A stretch of 64,000 nucleotides of DNA from Fibrobacterales bacterium. GTDB taxonomy: Bacteria; Fibrobacterota; Fibrobacteria; Fibrobacterales; CADBQJ01. A model generated the notes under the pieces. The model made no database searches. It saw only the letters and a program-made list of their open reading frames with translations, and was not told the DNA's origin. Position 1 is the first letter of the stretch; the number at the start of each line of letters is the position of its first letter. Below are positions 28,993-39,391 of this stretch, piece after piece. Position numbers and translations under genes: made by a program. The stretch is from assembly GCA_017650365.1 (NCBI GenBank), contig JAGCEZ010000084.1, positions 38,202 to 102,201 on the forward strand, in the 5' to 3' direction.

Positions 28993-30195
28993 ATGAAAGC
29001 AATACTCGTCGTGAACTGCGGCAGCTCGTCGCTGAAATTCGCCCTCTACGCCCTTTCGGGAGACGACGTGCTCGAAAAGCGCGCCTCCGGGCTCGTGGAG
29101 GGAATCGGGACCGCGCAGGGGCGCTTCAAGGCCAAGGGCTCCCTGGGAGAGGCGGAGACCGTCCTGGAGAACCCGAGCCACCTTTCGGGCTTCGGCGCGC
29201 TGAAGTCGTGGCTCGAGGGGGCGGGCGTCCGCGACGACGAGATCCTGGGCGTCGGGCACCGCGTGGTGCAGGGCGGCGCGGTCTTCTCCGAAAGCGTGGT
29301 CCTCGACGACGCGAAAATCGACCAGGTGGACGAACTGGCCGCGATGGCCCCGCTCCACAACCACGCCCACGCGCTGGGGATGCGCGAGGCGAAGAAGGCC
29401 TGGCCGGACGCCGTGCAGGCCGCCGTCTTCGACACCGCCTTCCACCAGACGATGCCCCCGAAGGCCTACCGGTTCGCCGTGCCCTCGGAGCTCTACGAGA
29501 AGCACGCGCTGCGCAAGTACGGCTTCCACGGCACGTCGCACCGCTACGTGAGCGCCCGGACCGCCGAGATCCTCGGCCGCCCGGTCGAATCGATCCGCAT
29601 GGTCACCGCCCACCTCGGCAACGGCTGCAGCTGCTGCGCCATCCTCGGCGGGAAGTGCGTGGACACCACGATGGGCCTCACCCCGCTGGACGGCCTGATG
29701 ATGGGGACCCGCTCCGGCGCGACCGACCCGAGCGTCTTCGACTACCTGGAGCGCAAGCTGGGCTGGAGCGCCTCGAAGACCGTGCAGGTGCTGAACAAGG
29801 AGTCGGGCCTGCTCGGGATCTCCGGGCTGTCGCAGGACATGCGGACCCTGGTCGCCGCCCGCGCCGAAGGGCACGAGGGGGCGAAGCTGGCCATCGAGAT
29901 GTTCGAGTACCGGCTCGCCAAGACGATCGCCTCGCTGACGATCCCGCTCGGCGGGCTCGACGCGCTGGTCTTCGCCGGCGGCATCGGCGAGAACTCCTAC
30001 GTCGTCCGCGGCGAGGCGGTGCGCATGCTCGCTCCGCTGGGCCTGGAGCTCGACGAGGAGGCCAACGCGAAGGCCGTCGGCGGCGCCGAGGGGAAGATCT
30101 CCGTCGGCGACTCCCCCGTCGCGCTCGTCGTCCCCACCGACGAGGAGCTGCTGATCGCGAAGGACACGCTCGCCCTGGCGCGCGGAAGGAAATAA
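28993..30195 (+). CDS. ackA: Acetate kinase
   Basis: NCGSSSLK, GHRVVQGG, APLHN, FDTAFH, YGFHGTSH, HLGNG, MGTRSG. Confidence 0.97.
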   Translation: MKAILVVNCGSSSLKFALYALSGDDVLEKRASGLVEGIGTAQGRFKAKGSLGEAETVLENPSHLSGFGALKSWLEGAGVRDDEILGVGHRVVQGGAVFSESVVLDDAKIDQVDELAAMAPLHNHAHALGMREAKKAWPDAVQAAVFDTAFHQTMPPKAYRFAVPSELYEKHALRKYGFHGTSHRYVSARTAEILGRPVESIRMVTAHLGNGCSCCAILGGKCVDTTMGLTPLDGLMMGTRSGATDPSVFDYLERKLGWSASKTVQVLNKESGLLGISGLSQDMRTLVAARAEGHEGAKLAIEMFEYRLAKTIASLTIPLGGLDALVFAGGIGENSYVVRGEAVRMLAPLGLELDEEANAKAVGGAEGKISVGDSPVALVVPTDEELLIAKDTLALARGRK

Positions 30196-30208
30196 GGAGA
30201 AAACGGCG

Positions 30209-32389
30209 ATGTCGAACAGCAAGCGCATTCTCTGCGTCATCCCCGACGGGCACAACGTCGGCCTGACCTCCGTCTCCCTCGGGCTCGTCAAGGCCCTGCT
30301 CCGGACGAAGTGGCGCGTCGGCTTCCTCAAGCCCTTCACGCTGGCCCACGCCGACGACCCGCGGAACGAGGTCTCCTCCTCCGCCATGCGCCGGCTCTTC
30401 GGGATGAAGGTCCCGAACCCGATCGGCATGCGCGAGGCCGAGAAGCTGATGGGGCGCGGCCAGGGCGACGTGCTGATGGAGCAGGTCGTCGGGATGTGCG
30501 CCGAGATCGAGGACGTGGACGTCGTCGTGGTGGAGGGCGTGGCCGCCGCGCCGGAGCTCTTCTACTCCAAGCAGCTGAACTCGATGCTCGTGCACGCGCT
30601 GGACGCGGACGTCGTGATGGTCTGCGCGCCGAACGGCAAGACCCCCGCCGAGATGGCCGAGGCCCTCGAGGTGGAGTGCCGCGAGTTCGTGGAGAGCGGG
30701 AACATGCTCGGCGTGGTCGTCAACAAGATCGGCCGCTCGCGCAGCGTGCGCAACTTCGCGAAGAACGCGCTCCCGCCCACGCAGGCCCGCGACTTCGCGC
30801 GCAAGGAGCGTACCCCGGTCAACGACGACCTGGTCCGCCACTTCTCGAAGGCCGTGGAGGACGCCGGGTTCCGGCTCCTCGGCGCGCTCCCCTGGAGGCA
30901 GGACCTCGTCGCGCCGCGGCTCGAGGACTTCGCGCGCGGCATCGGCGCGCAGTTCGTCCGCCACGGCAACTACAAGAACGTCCGCGTGCGCTCGCTCTCC
31001 TTCTGCCACACCTCCGTCGAGCGCAGCCTCTACCTGCTCCAGGACGACGCGCTCGTGGTCACGACCGGCGACCGCGCCGACGTGATCCTCGCCGCCGCGA
31101 TGGCCTCCGTCTCGGGCGTCCGCGTCGCCGGGATCCTCCTCTGCGGCGGCGTCGAGGCCTCGCAGGCCACGCTGGGCGCGTGCGAGAAGGCGTTCGAGAT
31201 CGGGCTGCCTCTCCTCTCCGCGAGCCCCGACATCTTCACGATGGCGGGCGTCTGCGGCGACATGAAGCTCGACGTCCCCGCCGACGACCCCGAGGCGATG
31301 GAGGAGAGCGTGAAGGCGCACGCCGAGCGCTTCTCCACGGACTGGGTCGACGCCTACATGGCCGACCACCGCCCGCACCGCATGAGCCCGCCCGAGTTCC
31401 GCAACATGCTGATCCGCCGCGCCAAGAGCAGCGTCAAGCGCATCGTGCTCCCCGAGGGAACCGAGCCGCGCACGCTCCAGGCGGCCGCGGTCTGCGCGCG
31501 CCGCGGCATCTGCGTGCCCGTCCTCCTCGCGGCCCCCGACGAGGTCAAGGCGGCCTACGCCGGGCTCCGCATGGACCTCCCCGAGGGGATCGAGATCGTC
31601 GACCCCGCGAAGATCTGGGAGCGCTACGTCGCCCCGCTGGTCGAGCTCCGCAAGGCCAAGGGGATGACCGAGGAGCAGGCGCGCGAGCTCCTGTCGAAGG
31701 ACCCCGTCTCGCTCGGCACGATGATGCTGAAGCTGGACGAGGTGGACGGCCTGGTCTCGGGCGCGGTCCACACCACCGCCAACACGATCCGCCCGGCGAT
31801 GCAGTTCGTCAAGACCGCCCCCGGGTGCAAGCTGGTCAGCTCGATCTTCTTCATGGGGATGCCCGACCAGATGCTGGTCTTCGGCGACTGCGCCGTCAAC
31901 ATCAACCCGACCGCCGACGACCTCGCGCAGATCGCCGTCGAGAGCGCGAAGACCGCCATGGCGTTCGGGATCGAGCCCTCGGTGGCCATGCTCAGCTACT
32001 CCACCGGCAAGTCCGGCAAGGGCCCCGACGCCGAGCTCGTGGCCGAGGCGACCGCGAAGGCGCGCGAGCTCCTGCCCGGCGTGCCGATCGACGGCCCGCT
32101 GCAGTACGACGCGGCGCTCGTGAAGGACGTGGCGGCGCAGAAGGCGCCCGGCAGCCCCGTGGCGGGCAGGGCCACGGTGATGATCTTCCCGAACCTCAAC
32201 GCGGGGAACATCGCCTACAAGGCCGTGCAGCGCGCGGCGCACGTGGTCAGCATCGGCCCGATGCTGCAGGGGCTCGCGAAGCCCGTCAACGACCTCAGCC
32301 GCGGCTGCCTGGTGGAGGACATCGTCTACACGATCGCCCTCACCGCGATCCAGGCGCAGACGGTCCGGGCGCAGGCGAAGCAAGGTTAG
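30209..32389 (+). CDS. pta: Phosphate acetyltransferase (long form with AAA_26/DRTGG domains)
   Basis: GLTSVSLGL, TTGDRADV, IVLPEGTEPR, DGPLQYDAA, GPMLQGLAKPVNDLSRG. Confidence 0.96.
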   Translation: MSNSKRILCVIPDGHNVGLTSVSLGLVKALLRTKWRVGFLKPFTLAHADDPRNEVSSSAMRRLFGMKVPNPIGMREAEKLMGRGQGDVLMEQVVGMCAEIEDVDVVVVEGVAAAPELFYSKQLNSMLVHALDADVVMVCAPNGKTPAEMAEALEVECREFVESGNMLGVVVNKIGRSRSVRNFAKNALPPTQARDFARKERTPVNDDLVRHFSKAVEDAGFRLLGALPWRQDLVAPRLEDFARGIGAQFVRHGNYKNVRVRSLSFCHTSVERSLYLLQDDALVVTTGDRADVILAAAMASVSGVRVAGILLCGGVEASQATLGACEKAFEIGLPLLSASPDIFTMAGVCGDMKLDVPADDPEAMEESVKAHAERFSTDWVDAYMADHRPHRMSPPEFRNMLIRRAKSSVKRIVLPEGTEPRTLQAAAVCARRGICVPVLLAAPDEVKAAYAGLRMDLPEGIEIVDPAKIWERYVAPLVELRKAKGMTEEQARELLSKDPVSLGTMMLKLDEVDGLVSGAVHTTANTIRPAMQFVKTAPGCKLVSSIFFMGMPDQMLVFGDCAVNINPTADDLAQIAVESAKTAMAFGIEPSVAMLSYSTGKSGKGPDAELVAEATAKARELLPGVPIDGPLQYDAALVKDVAAQKAPGSPVAGRATVMIFPNLNAGNIAYKAVQRAAHVVSIGPMLQGLAKPVNDLSRGCLVEDIVYTIALTAIQAQTVRAQAKQG

Positions 32390-32407
32390 GAAGGAAGGGA
32401 AAGGCCT

Positions 32408-35400
32408 ATGGCACGCACTCTCTGGGTAGGCATGGACGTCGGTTCGACGACGGTGAAGATCGCCGTCGTCGTCCCCGGGACCTGCGAACAGCTCCACGCG
32501 CGGTACGTCCGCCACAACACCCGCCCGGCGGAGACCGTCAAGGCCCTCCTCTCCGAGGCGCACGGGATGTTCCCCGACGCCGAGTTCCGGATCTGCTTCT
32601 GCGGCAGCGCGGGCCAGCCCTTCGCGAAGGCGCTCGGCGCCTTCTTCGTGCAGGAGGTCATCGCCAACACGCTGGCGATCAAGCGCGACTACCCGCAGGT
32701 GCGCACCGCGATCGAGCTGGGCGGCCAGGACGCCAAGGTCGTCTTCTTCCGCTACGACGACTCCGCGAAGCAGCTCACCACCTCCGACATGCGCATGAAC
32801 GGCTCCTGCGCCGGCGGCACGGGCGCGTTCATCGACCAGATCGCCGAGCTCCTGGGAATCCGCTCCGAGCAGTTCGAGGAGCTCGCCTCGCAGGGCAAGA
32901 CGCTCTACGACATCTCCGGGCGCTGCGGCGTCTTCGCCAAGACCGACATCCAGCCCCTCCTCAACCAGGGCGTGGCCAAGGCGGACATCGCCCTGAGCTC
33001 GCTCCACGCCATCGCCAAGCAGACGATCGGCGGCCTCGCGCAGGGGATGGACATCCAGGCGCCCGTCATCTTCGAAGGCGGGCCGCTCACCTTCATCCCG
33101 ACGCTCGTGCGCGTCTTCCGCGAGCGCCTGCGCCTCGACGCCGAGGAGAGCGCCATCCGCCCGAAGGGCGCCGAGACGATGATCGCGCGCGGCGCGGCCA
33201 TCGCCGTGGGCCAGCTCCACGAGGGCGAGGAGTGCGGATACCGCGGCATGGAGAGCTTCGAGGGCTACGAAAAGCGCCTCGCCGAGAACGACACGGAGTC
33301 CCGCGTCGGCGAGCTCTTCTTCAAGAGCGCGGAGGAGCGCGCCGAGTTCGAGAAGCGCCACGCCGTCAAGCCCTTCGTCCGCAAGGTCTACCCGCCGGGG
33401 ACGAAGATCGAGCTCTGGCTCGGGATCGACGCCGGCTCCACCACCTCCAAGTTCGTCTTCCTCGACGACGAGGGCGAGGTGGTGGACCGCTTCTACGCCA
33501 ACAACGGCGGGAACCCGCTGCGCACCGTGAAGGAGGCCCTGCTCGCCGCGCGGAAGCGCTACGCGGACGAGGGCGTCGAGATCTCGGTCCGCGGCGCGGG
33601 CACCACGGGCTACGGCGAGCTGATCTTCGCGAAGGCCTTCCACGCCGACTTCCACACGGTCGAGACCGTCTCGCACGCCGAGGCGGCCCGGCGCGAGCAC
33701 CCCGACGTCAGCTTCATCCTCGACATCGGCGGCCAGGACATGAAGGCGATCCACATCGGCAACGGCATCGTGACCGGGATCGTCCTGAACGAGGCCTGCT
33801 CCGCGGGCTGCGGCTCCTTCGTCGAGACCTACAGCCGCTCGCTGGGGATCCCCGTGGGCGACATCGCCGAGATGGCCTTCAACGCCAAGGCCCCGTCGCA
33901 GCTGGGTTCGCGCTGCACCGTCTTCATGAACAGCTCGATCATCACCGAGCAGAAGAACGGCAAGGCGACCGAGGACATCATGGCGGGCATCTGCCGCTCG
34001 ATCGTCGAGAACGTCTTCACCAAGGTGCTGCGCCTCTCCAACCTCTCCTCGCTCGGCGACGTCGTCGTGGTGCAGGGCGGCACGTTCAAGAACGACGCCG
34101 TGCTCCGCGCCTTCGAGCAGTACGTCGGCAAGGGGGTCATCCGCCCCGACTTCCCCGGCGAGATGGGCGCCATCGGCGTCGCTCTGCTCGCGCGCAAGCA
34201 CATGCTGGCGCACGAGGCCCGCTACGGGCGCAAGGCCAGCAGCTTCATCTCGTGGGAGTCGCTGGAGACCTTCTCCTACGAGGAGCGCCCCGGCCTGGTC
34301 TGCCCCTTCTGCCCGAACAGCTGCAAGCGCACGCAGGTGCTCTTCAGCGACGGCACCTCCTTCGTGACCGGCAACCGCTGCGAACGCGGCGAGATCGTCG
34401 GCGACCTGAGCGACCCGAACGTCCGCAAGGCGGTCCAGGAGACCACGAAGCGCATGGACTCGGTCCCCGACATGGTCAAGACGCACAACGCGCTGATCGC
34501 CGCGGACTGGATGGCCGAGCTGAAGATGGAGCCGGTCGACGGCAAGCGCGGCATCAAGATCGGCATCCCGCGCGTGCTCGAGTTCTGGAACTCGCTCCCC
34601 TACTGGCGGACGATCTTCGAGACCCTCGGGTTCGACGTCGTGGTCTCCAAGCGCAGCGACGCGAAGCTCTTCGAGAAGGGGCTCGCCTCGATCCCCTCCG
34701 ACACCGCCTGCTTCCCCGCGAAGCTGGTGCACGGCCACGTCCAGGACCTCATCGAGCGCGGCGTGGACCGCATCTTCATGCCGATGATGATCACGCAGCC
34801 CACGGAGAACAAGTCGATCAAGGGCAAGGCCTTCTGCGCGATGATCCAGGGCTACCCGCTGGTCGTGGACCGCTCCGACGACCCGCTCGGGCGCGCCGAC
34901 GTCGCCTTCGACCACCCCGTGTTCCACTGGGACACCCCGGCGCTCAAGGCGAAGCAGACCGCCGCGTGGCTCGAAGACCACTTCGGGATCCCCTCGGGCG
35001 CGGCCAAGGAGGCCGTCAGGCAGGGCAACCGCGCCCTCAAGGCCTTCCGCGACCGCCTGCGCAAGGAGGGGACGAAGATCCTCGCCGACCTCGAGAAGTC
35101 CGACGGCTTCGGCGTCGTGCTCGCCGCGCGCCCCTACCACTCCGACCTCTTCGTCAACCACGGCCTCGCCTCGCTCTTCACGGCGCAGGGGATCCCCGTG
35201 CTGATCCTCGACGGCCTCGACATCGGACGCGAGGACCTGAGCAAGTCGCGCATGGACACGATCAACTCGTTCCACGCCCGCGTGCTCGCCGCCGCGCAGT
35301 TCGCGGCCAAGCACCCCAAGCTGGAGCTGGCGCAGATCGTCTCCTTCGGCTGCGGCCACGAGGCCACGCTCACCGACGAGATGAAGCGCATCTACGCCAC

Positions 35401-36808
35401 GCTCTGCGGCAAGGAGGCGCTCGTCGTCAAGCTGGACGAAGGCGAGGTCAAGGGTCCGCTCAACATCCGCGTCAAGAGCTTCATCGAGACGGTCAAGGCC
35501 CAGCGCGAGCGCCAGCTCCTCGCGGAGGACCGCGCGCAGCCCGAGGCCTACCCGGTCAAGTTCACCGACGAGGACAAGGCGAAGCGCAGCATCCTCGTCC
35601 CCAACCTCTCCCCCTCGTTCTCGCTGCTCTGCTGCAAGGTCTTCGAGAAGGAGGGCTACAAGGCCGTCCTGATGCCGCTGGCCAACCGCCGCGCGATCGA
35701 GCTCGGGAAGAAGTTCGTCCACAACGACATCTGCTTCCCCGCGCAGGTCAACATCGGCGAGGCGCTCGCGTTCCTCGAGGACGGGAAGTACAGGCCCGAC
35801 GAGATCGCCGTGGGCCTGGCGAAGAACTGCGAGCACTGCCGCGCGGGCCAGTACGCGATGCTGGCGCGCAAGGCCCTCGACGAGGCCGGCTACCCCACGG
35901 TCCCCGTGGTCACCACCGGCGAGGACGACAAGGGCATGCACCCCGGGTTCCGCCTGAGCGCGACCTGGCAGATCCGCATGGCCTGGGGCATCGTGCTGAT
36001 GGACGCGATGGAGAACATGGTCCGCGCGATCCGCCCCTACGAGCTGACGCCCGGCGCCGCGAACCGCGTGCACTGGCAGTGCCTGGAGCACATGATGACC
36101 GCGCTGAAGACCAGCCGGAAGCGCGCGCTGCTCTGGCTGCGCGCCGCCGTCCGCGCCTTCAACGCCATCCCCGTGGACCGCTCCGTGCGCAAGCCGCGCG
36201 TGGCCGTGCTCGGCGAGATCCTGATGAAGTACCACCCCACCGCCAACGGCGAGATCGAGAAGTACCTCGAGTCGCAGGGGATGGAGGTGGTGCAGCCGCC
36301 GATGCTCGACTTCTTCCGGATGTCGGACGTCGTCAGCCGCGAGAAGCTGGAGCGCGGGTTCTCCTCCACGCCCTTCATGATGAACCTCATGATGCGCATC
36401 AACGAGAGCGTCTTCGTCTCCGCGCGGAGCGCGGTCGACGCGATCATGAAGGAGTTCCGATTCTACTCGCCGTTCCCGAACTCGGAGGACCTGGCGAGGC
36501 TGACGGCTCCCTTCATCGACCCCACCTACGCGGCCGGCGAGGCGTGGCTGATCCCCGCCGAGATCCTGCACCAGGCGCACAAGGGCGTGCGCGCGTTCGT
36601 CATCCTCAACCCCTTCGGATGCCTGCCGAACCACATCACCGGCCGCGGCATGACGAAGACGCTGAAGTCGCTCGTGCCCGACGCGCAGATTCTCTCGCTC
36701 GACTACGACCCGGACATCAGCCCGGCGAACATCGAGAACCGGCTCCAGATGCTGATCATCGCGACCAAGGAGATCGAGCAGCGGCGCCGCGAAGCGGGGC
36801 TCGCGTAG
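32408..36808 (+). CDS. Large CoA-substrate-specific enzyme activase / 2-hydroxyacyl-CoA dehydratase fusion (2x BcrAD/BadFG ATPase + DUF2229 + dehydratase-like)
   Basis: GMDVGSTTVK and GIDAGSTTSK, ELGGQDAK and DIGGQDMK, MNGSCAGGTG, LNEACSAGCG, SFGCG, PFGCLPNH. Confidence 0.88.
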   Translation: MARTLWVGMDVGSTTVKIAVVVPGTCEQLHARYVRHNTRPAETVKALLSEAHGMFPDAEFRICFCGSAGQPFAKALGAFFVQEVIANTLAIKRDYPQVRTAIELGGQDAKVVFFRYDDSAKQLTTSDMRMNGSCAGGTGAFIDQIAELLGIRSEQFEELASQGKTLYDISGRCGVFAKTDIQPLLNQGVAKADIALSSLHAIAKQTIGGLAQGMDIQAPVIFEGGPLTFIPTLVRVFRERLRLDAEESAIRPKGAETMIARGAAIAVGQLHEGEECGYRGMESFEGYEKRLAENDTESRVGELFFKSAEERAEFEKRHAVKPFVRKVYPPGTKIELWLGIDAGSTTSKFVFLDDEGEVVDRFYANNGGNPLRTVKEALLAARKRYADEGVEISVRGAGTTGYGELIFAKAFHADFHTVETVSHAEAARREHPDVSFILDIGGQDMKAIHIGNGIVTGIVLNEACSAGCGSFVETYSRSLGIPVGDIAEMAFNAKAPSQLGSRCTVFMNSSIITEQKNGKATEDIMAGICRSIVENVFTKVLRLSNLSSLGDVVVVQGGTFKNDAVLRAFEQYVGKGVIRPDFPGEMGAIGVALLARKHMLAHEARYGRKASSFISWESLETFSYEERPGLVCPFCPNSCKRTQVLFSDGTSFVTGNRCERGEIVGDLSDPNVRKAVQETTKRMDSVPDMVKTHNALIAADWMAELKMEPVDGKRGIKIGIPRVLEFWNSLPYWRTIFETLGFDVVVSKRSDAKLFEKGLASIPSDTACFPAKLVHGHVQDLIERGVDRIFMPMMITQPTENKSIKGKAFCAMIQGYPLVVDRSDDPLGRADVAFDHPVFHWDTPALKAKQTAAWLEDHFGIPSGAAKEAVRQGNRALKAFRDRLRKEGTKILADLEKSDGFGVVLAARPYHSDLFVNHGLASLFTAQGIPVLILDGLDIGREDLSKSRMDTINSFHARVLAAAQFAAKHPKLELAQIVSFGCGHEATLTDEMKRIYATLCGKEALVVKLDEGEVKGPLNIRVKSFIETVKAQRERQLLAEDRAQPEAYPVKFTDEDKAKRSILVPNLSPSFSLLCCKVFEKEGYKAVLMPLANRRAIELGKKFVHNDICFPAQVNIGEALAFLEDGKYRPDEIAVGLAKNCEHCRAGQYAMLARKALDEAGYPTVPVVTTGEDDKGMHPGFRLSATWQIRMAWGIVLMDAMENMVRAIRPYELTPGAANRVHWQCLEHMMTALKTSRKRALLWLRAAVRAFNAIPVDRSVRKPRVAVLGEILMKYHPTANGEIEKYLESQGMEVVQPPMLDFFRMSDVVSREKLERGFSSTPFMMNLMMRINESVFVSARSAVDAIMKEFRFYSPFPNSEDLARLTAPFIDPTYAAGEAWLIPAEILHQAHKGVRAFVILNPFGCLPNHITGRGMTKTLKSLVPDAQILSLDYDPDISPANIENRLQMLIIATKEIEQRRREAGLA

Positions 36809-36809
36809 C

Positions 36810-38060
36810 GTGGACCGCCGCCAGCGCAACGCCTTGCTCTCGGGGCTGCTCGCGCTGGCGGCGGTCGCCGCGCTCGTCGCGCTCGTCTCCGCGCTGCGCG
36901 ACCGGGCGCGGCCCGCGCCCGAGGACTTCGGCGAGCTCCTCTTCGCGCCGCAGGGCGGCGCGGAATCCGGCGCGATGCCGGGCGAACCCGACTTCCCCGC
37001 GATCGAGGCGAGGCTGCGCGCCGCCCTCGCCGAAGGCGACGCCGAGGAGGCGGCCAGGCTGATCGGGATCCTCCGGGCGAACTCGCCCGAAAAGGTCCCC
37101 GCCGCGACGCTCGCGCTCCTGGAGCGCGCCTACGCGGAGGGAACGGCGCTGCGTCGCGGCGAGTCGCCCTACGCCGTGGTCTCGTTCGACGGCGTGGAGG
37201 GCGACGAAATCGGCGACGAGGCCCTCGCGCTCGCGGACCGCGCGATCCTGGACCTGAGCGCCCTGCTGGCCTTCGCGCCCGAGAGGAAGATCGAGATCGT
37301 CGTCTACTCCGACCCCTCGTTCTCGAACGCCGCGGGGGCGGAGCTGCCGCAGTGGGTCGGCGCCGCCTTCGACGGGAAGCTCCGCCTGCCGGTCGAGCTC
37401 GTGCGCGGGGAGGACCCGAGGCGCGAGGCGACCGTCCGCCACGAGATGGCGCACGCGTTCGTGCACCTGATTTCCAACGGTTCGGTCCCGATCTGGATGG
37501 ACGAGGGAATCGCGCAGCACGCCGAGGGGCGCTCCGTCCCGGAATGCTGGAGCCGCGCGTGGCCCTTCCCGACGATGGAGGAGCTGCGCGGCCCGTTCGT
37601 CGCGGAAAGCGACCCGGTCCGCGCCTTCGCGCTCTACGCCGCGTCGCTCGCGCTCCTCGAGCACCTGGCGGAGCTCCGGGAGTGGAGGTCCGTCCCGGCC
37701 TACCTCGACGAGATCCGCCAGGGCAAGCCCGAACCCGAGGCCTTCGCCGAGATCTTCGAACTGACGCCCGAACAGGCCTGGGCCGACGCCCAGCTCTCGC
37801 TCGCGACCAATCTCTGCCCCGAGCCCGAGGGCGAACCAGCGGAGGAACCCTCGGAAGAGCCGGACGGGAACGAGCCGCCCCCGGAGGAACCCGCGCCCGC
37901 GGAGCCCGAACCCGAGCCCGAAGAGCCGATTCCCGGACTTCCGCCCGACGCGCCCGAAATCGACCTCTACCCGACGCCCGAACCCGAGCCCCCGGAAGAG
38001 GCGCCCGAACCCGGGGAACAGGAGCTTCCCGAACCCTCGGACGGGCCCGTCGAATTCTAG
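36810..38060 (+). CDS. Membrane-anchored peptidase MA-like (gluzincin) protein with Pro/Glu-rich tail
   Basis: GTG start, N-terminal TM helix, RHEMAHAFVH...PIWMDEGIAQH, C-terminal PEPEPE low-complexity region. Confidence 0.75.
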   Translation: MDRRQRNALLSGLLALAAVAALVALVSALRDRARPAPEDFGELLFAPQGGAESGAMPGEPDFPAIEARLRAALAEGDAEEAARLIGILRANSPEKVPAATLALLERAYAEGTALRRGESPYAVVSFDGVEGDEIGDEALALADRAILDLSALLAFAPERKIEIVVYSDPSFSNAAGAELPQWVGAAFDGKLRLPVELVRGEDPRREATVRHEMAHAFVHLISNGSVPIWMDEGIAQHAEGRSVPECWSRAWPFPTMEELRGPFVAESDPVRAFALYAASLALLEHLAELREWRSVPAYLDEIRQGKPEPEAFAEIFELTPEQAWADAQLSLATNLCPEPEGEPAEEPSEEPDGNEPPPEEPAPAEPEPEPEEPIPGLPPDAPEIDLYPTPEPEPPEEAPEPGEQELPEPSDGPVEF

Positions 38061-38071
38061 CTTTGAAACCG

Positions 38072-39379
38072 ATGGAAACGCCGCTCGCCGAAATCCGGAA
38101 TCTCCCGCAGCTGAAAGGCCGGACCGTCCGCCTGCGCGGATGGGTCTGGAACCGCCGCGGGAGCGGCAGGATCCGCTTCGCGCAGCTGCGCGACGGAACG
38201 GGGTTCGCACAGCTCGTCGCGGGCGAAGAGGACCTCGACGCGGAATCGTTCGAACTGCTGAAGCGCCTCTCCCAGGAATCGCTCGTCGAGGCCGAGGGGA
38301 CCGTCGCGGAGAACGGACGCGAAGCGCTCGGCGTGGAACTCCGCCTCTCCGCCCTCCGCCAGCTCTCCGGCTCCGAGGACTACCCGATCACGCACAAGGA
38401 GCACGGCACCGACTTCCTGATGGACCGGCGCCACCTCTGGCTCCGCTCGCCGCGCCAGCGCGCGATCCTCGCGATCCGCGACCGGATGGAGCGTTCGATC
38501 CACGCCTACTTCCACGAACAGGGCTTCCTCCGCGTGGACGCGCCGATCTTCACCGACAACGCGTGCGAAGGGACGACCACGCTCTTCTCCGCGGAGTACT
38601 TCGGCTCCCCCGCCTACCTCTCGCAGAGCGGACAGCTCTACATGGAGGCCGCCGCGGCCGCCGTCGGCAAGGCCTACTGCTTCGGCCCCACGTTCCGCGC
38701 TGAGAACTCCAACACCCGCCGGCACCTCACCGAGTTCTGGATGGTCGAGCCCGAAGCGGCGTTCATGGAGCTGCCCGAGGACATGGCCCTCGGCGAAGGG
38801 CTGATCAAGCGGATTGTCGCCGACGTCCTGGGCGAATGCGGGCCCGAACTGGCGCTGCTGGGCCGCGACCTCGCCCCGCTCCGCGCCACCGCCGGATGTG
38901 CCTCGTTCCCGCGCCTCGCCTACGACGACGCCGTGGAAGTCCTGAAGAAGAACGGCGCCCCCGACTTCCGGTGGGGCGACGACTTCGGCGGCCCGCACGA
39001 GACCATCATCGCGCAGCAGTACTCCACGCCCGTGATCGTGCACCGCTACCCCTGCGCCTGCAAGGCCTTCTACATGAAGAAGGACCCGGAGGACGCGCGG
39101 CTCTCGCTCAGCATGGACATCCTCGCGCCCGAGGGCTTCGGCGAGATCGTCGGCGGCGGACAGCGCGAAACCGACCTCGAAACCCTGCTGGAGGGGTTCG
39201 CGAAGCACGGCATTGCCCCCTCCACGCTCGATTGGTATCTTGATCTCCGCAAGTACGGAACCTTCCCGCACGCCGGCTTCGGCCTCGGGCTGGAACGGAC
39301 GCTCGCCTGGGTCTGCGGCCTGCCGCACGTCCGCGAGACCGTCCCCTTCCCCCGCCTCCCCAACCGGCTGCACCCCTAA
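38072..39379 (+). CDS. asnS: Asparagine--tRNA ligase
   Basis: LRDGTG, HGTDFL..RRHLWLR, ACEGTTTLF, LSQSGQLY, FRAENSNTRRHLTEFWM, PHAGFGLGLER. Confidence 0.96.
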   Translation: METPLAEIRNLPQLKGRTVRLRGWVWNRRGSGRIRFAQLRDGTGFAQLVAGEEDLDAESFELLKRLSQESLVEAEGTVAENGREALGVELRLSALRQLSGSEDYPITHKEHGTDFLMDRRHLWLRSPRQRAILAIRDRMERSIHAYFHEQGFLRVDAPIFTDNACEGTTTLFSAEYFGSPAYLSQSGQLYMEAAAAAVGKAYCFGPTFRAENSNTRRHLTEFWMVEPEAAFMELPEDMALGEGLIKRIVADVLGECGPELALLGRDLAPLRATAGCASFPRLAYDDAVEVLKKNGAPDFRWGDDFGGPHETIIAQQYSTPVIVHRYPCACKAFYMKKDPEDARLSLSMDILAPEGFGEIVGGGQRETDLETLLEGFAKHGIAPSTLDWYLDLRKYGTFPHAGFGLGLERTLAWVCGLPHVRETVPFPRLPNRLHP

Positions 39380-39391
39380 AGGAGCACAACC

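Noticed and set aside
29678-37062. Very long ORFs 29678..36829 (-) and 30310..37062 (+), and similar ones (21296..24508, 13982..15943, 46545..49259)
   Set aside because: These are shadow or alternate frames of well-supported genes in high-GC sequence, with Arg/Gly/Pro-rich translations and no family motifs.
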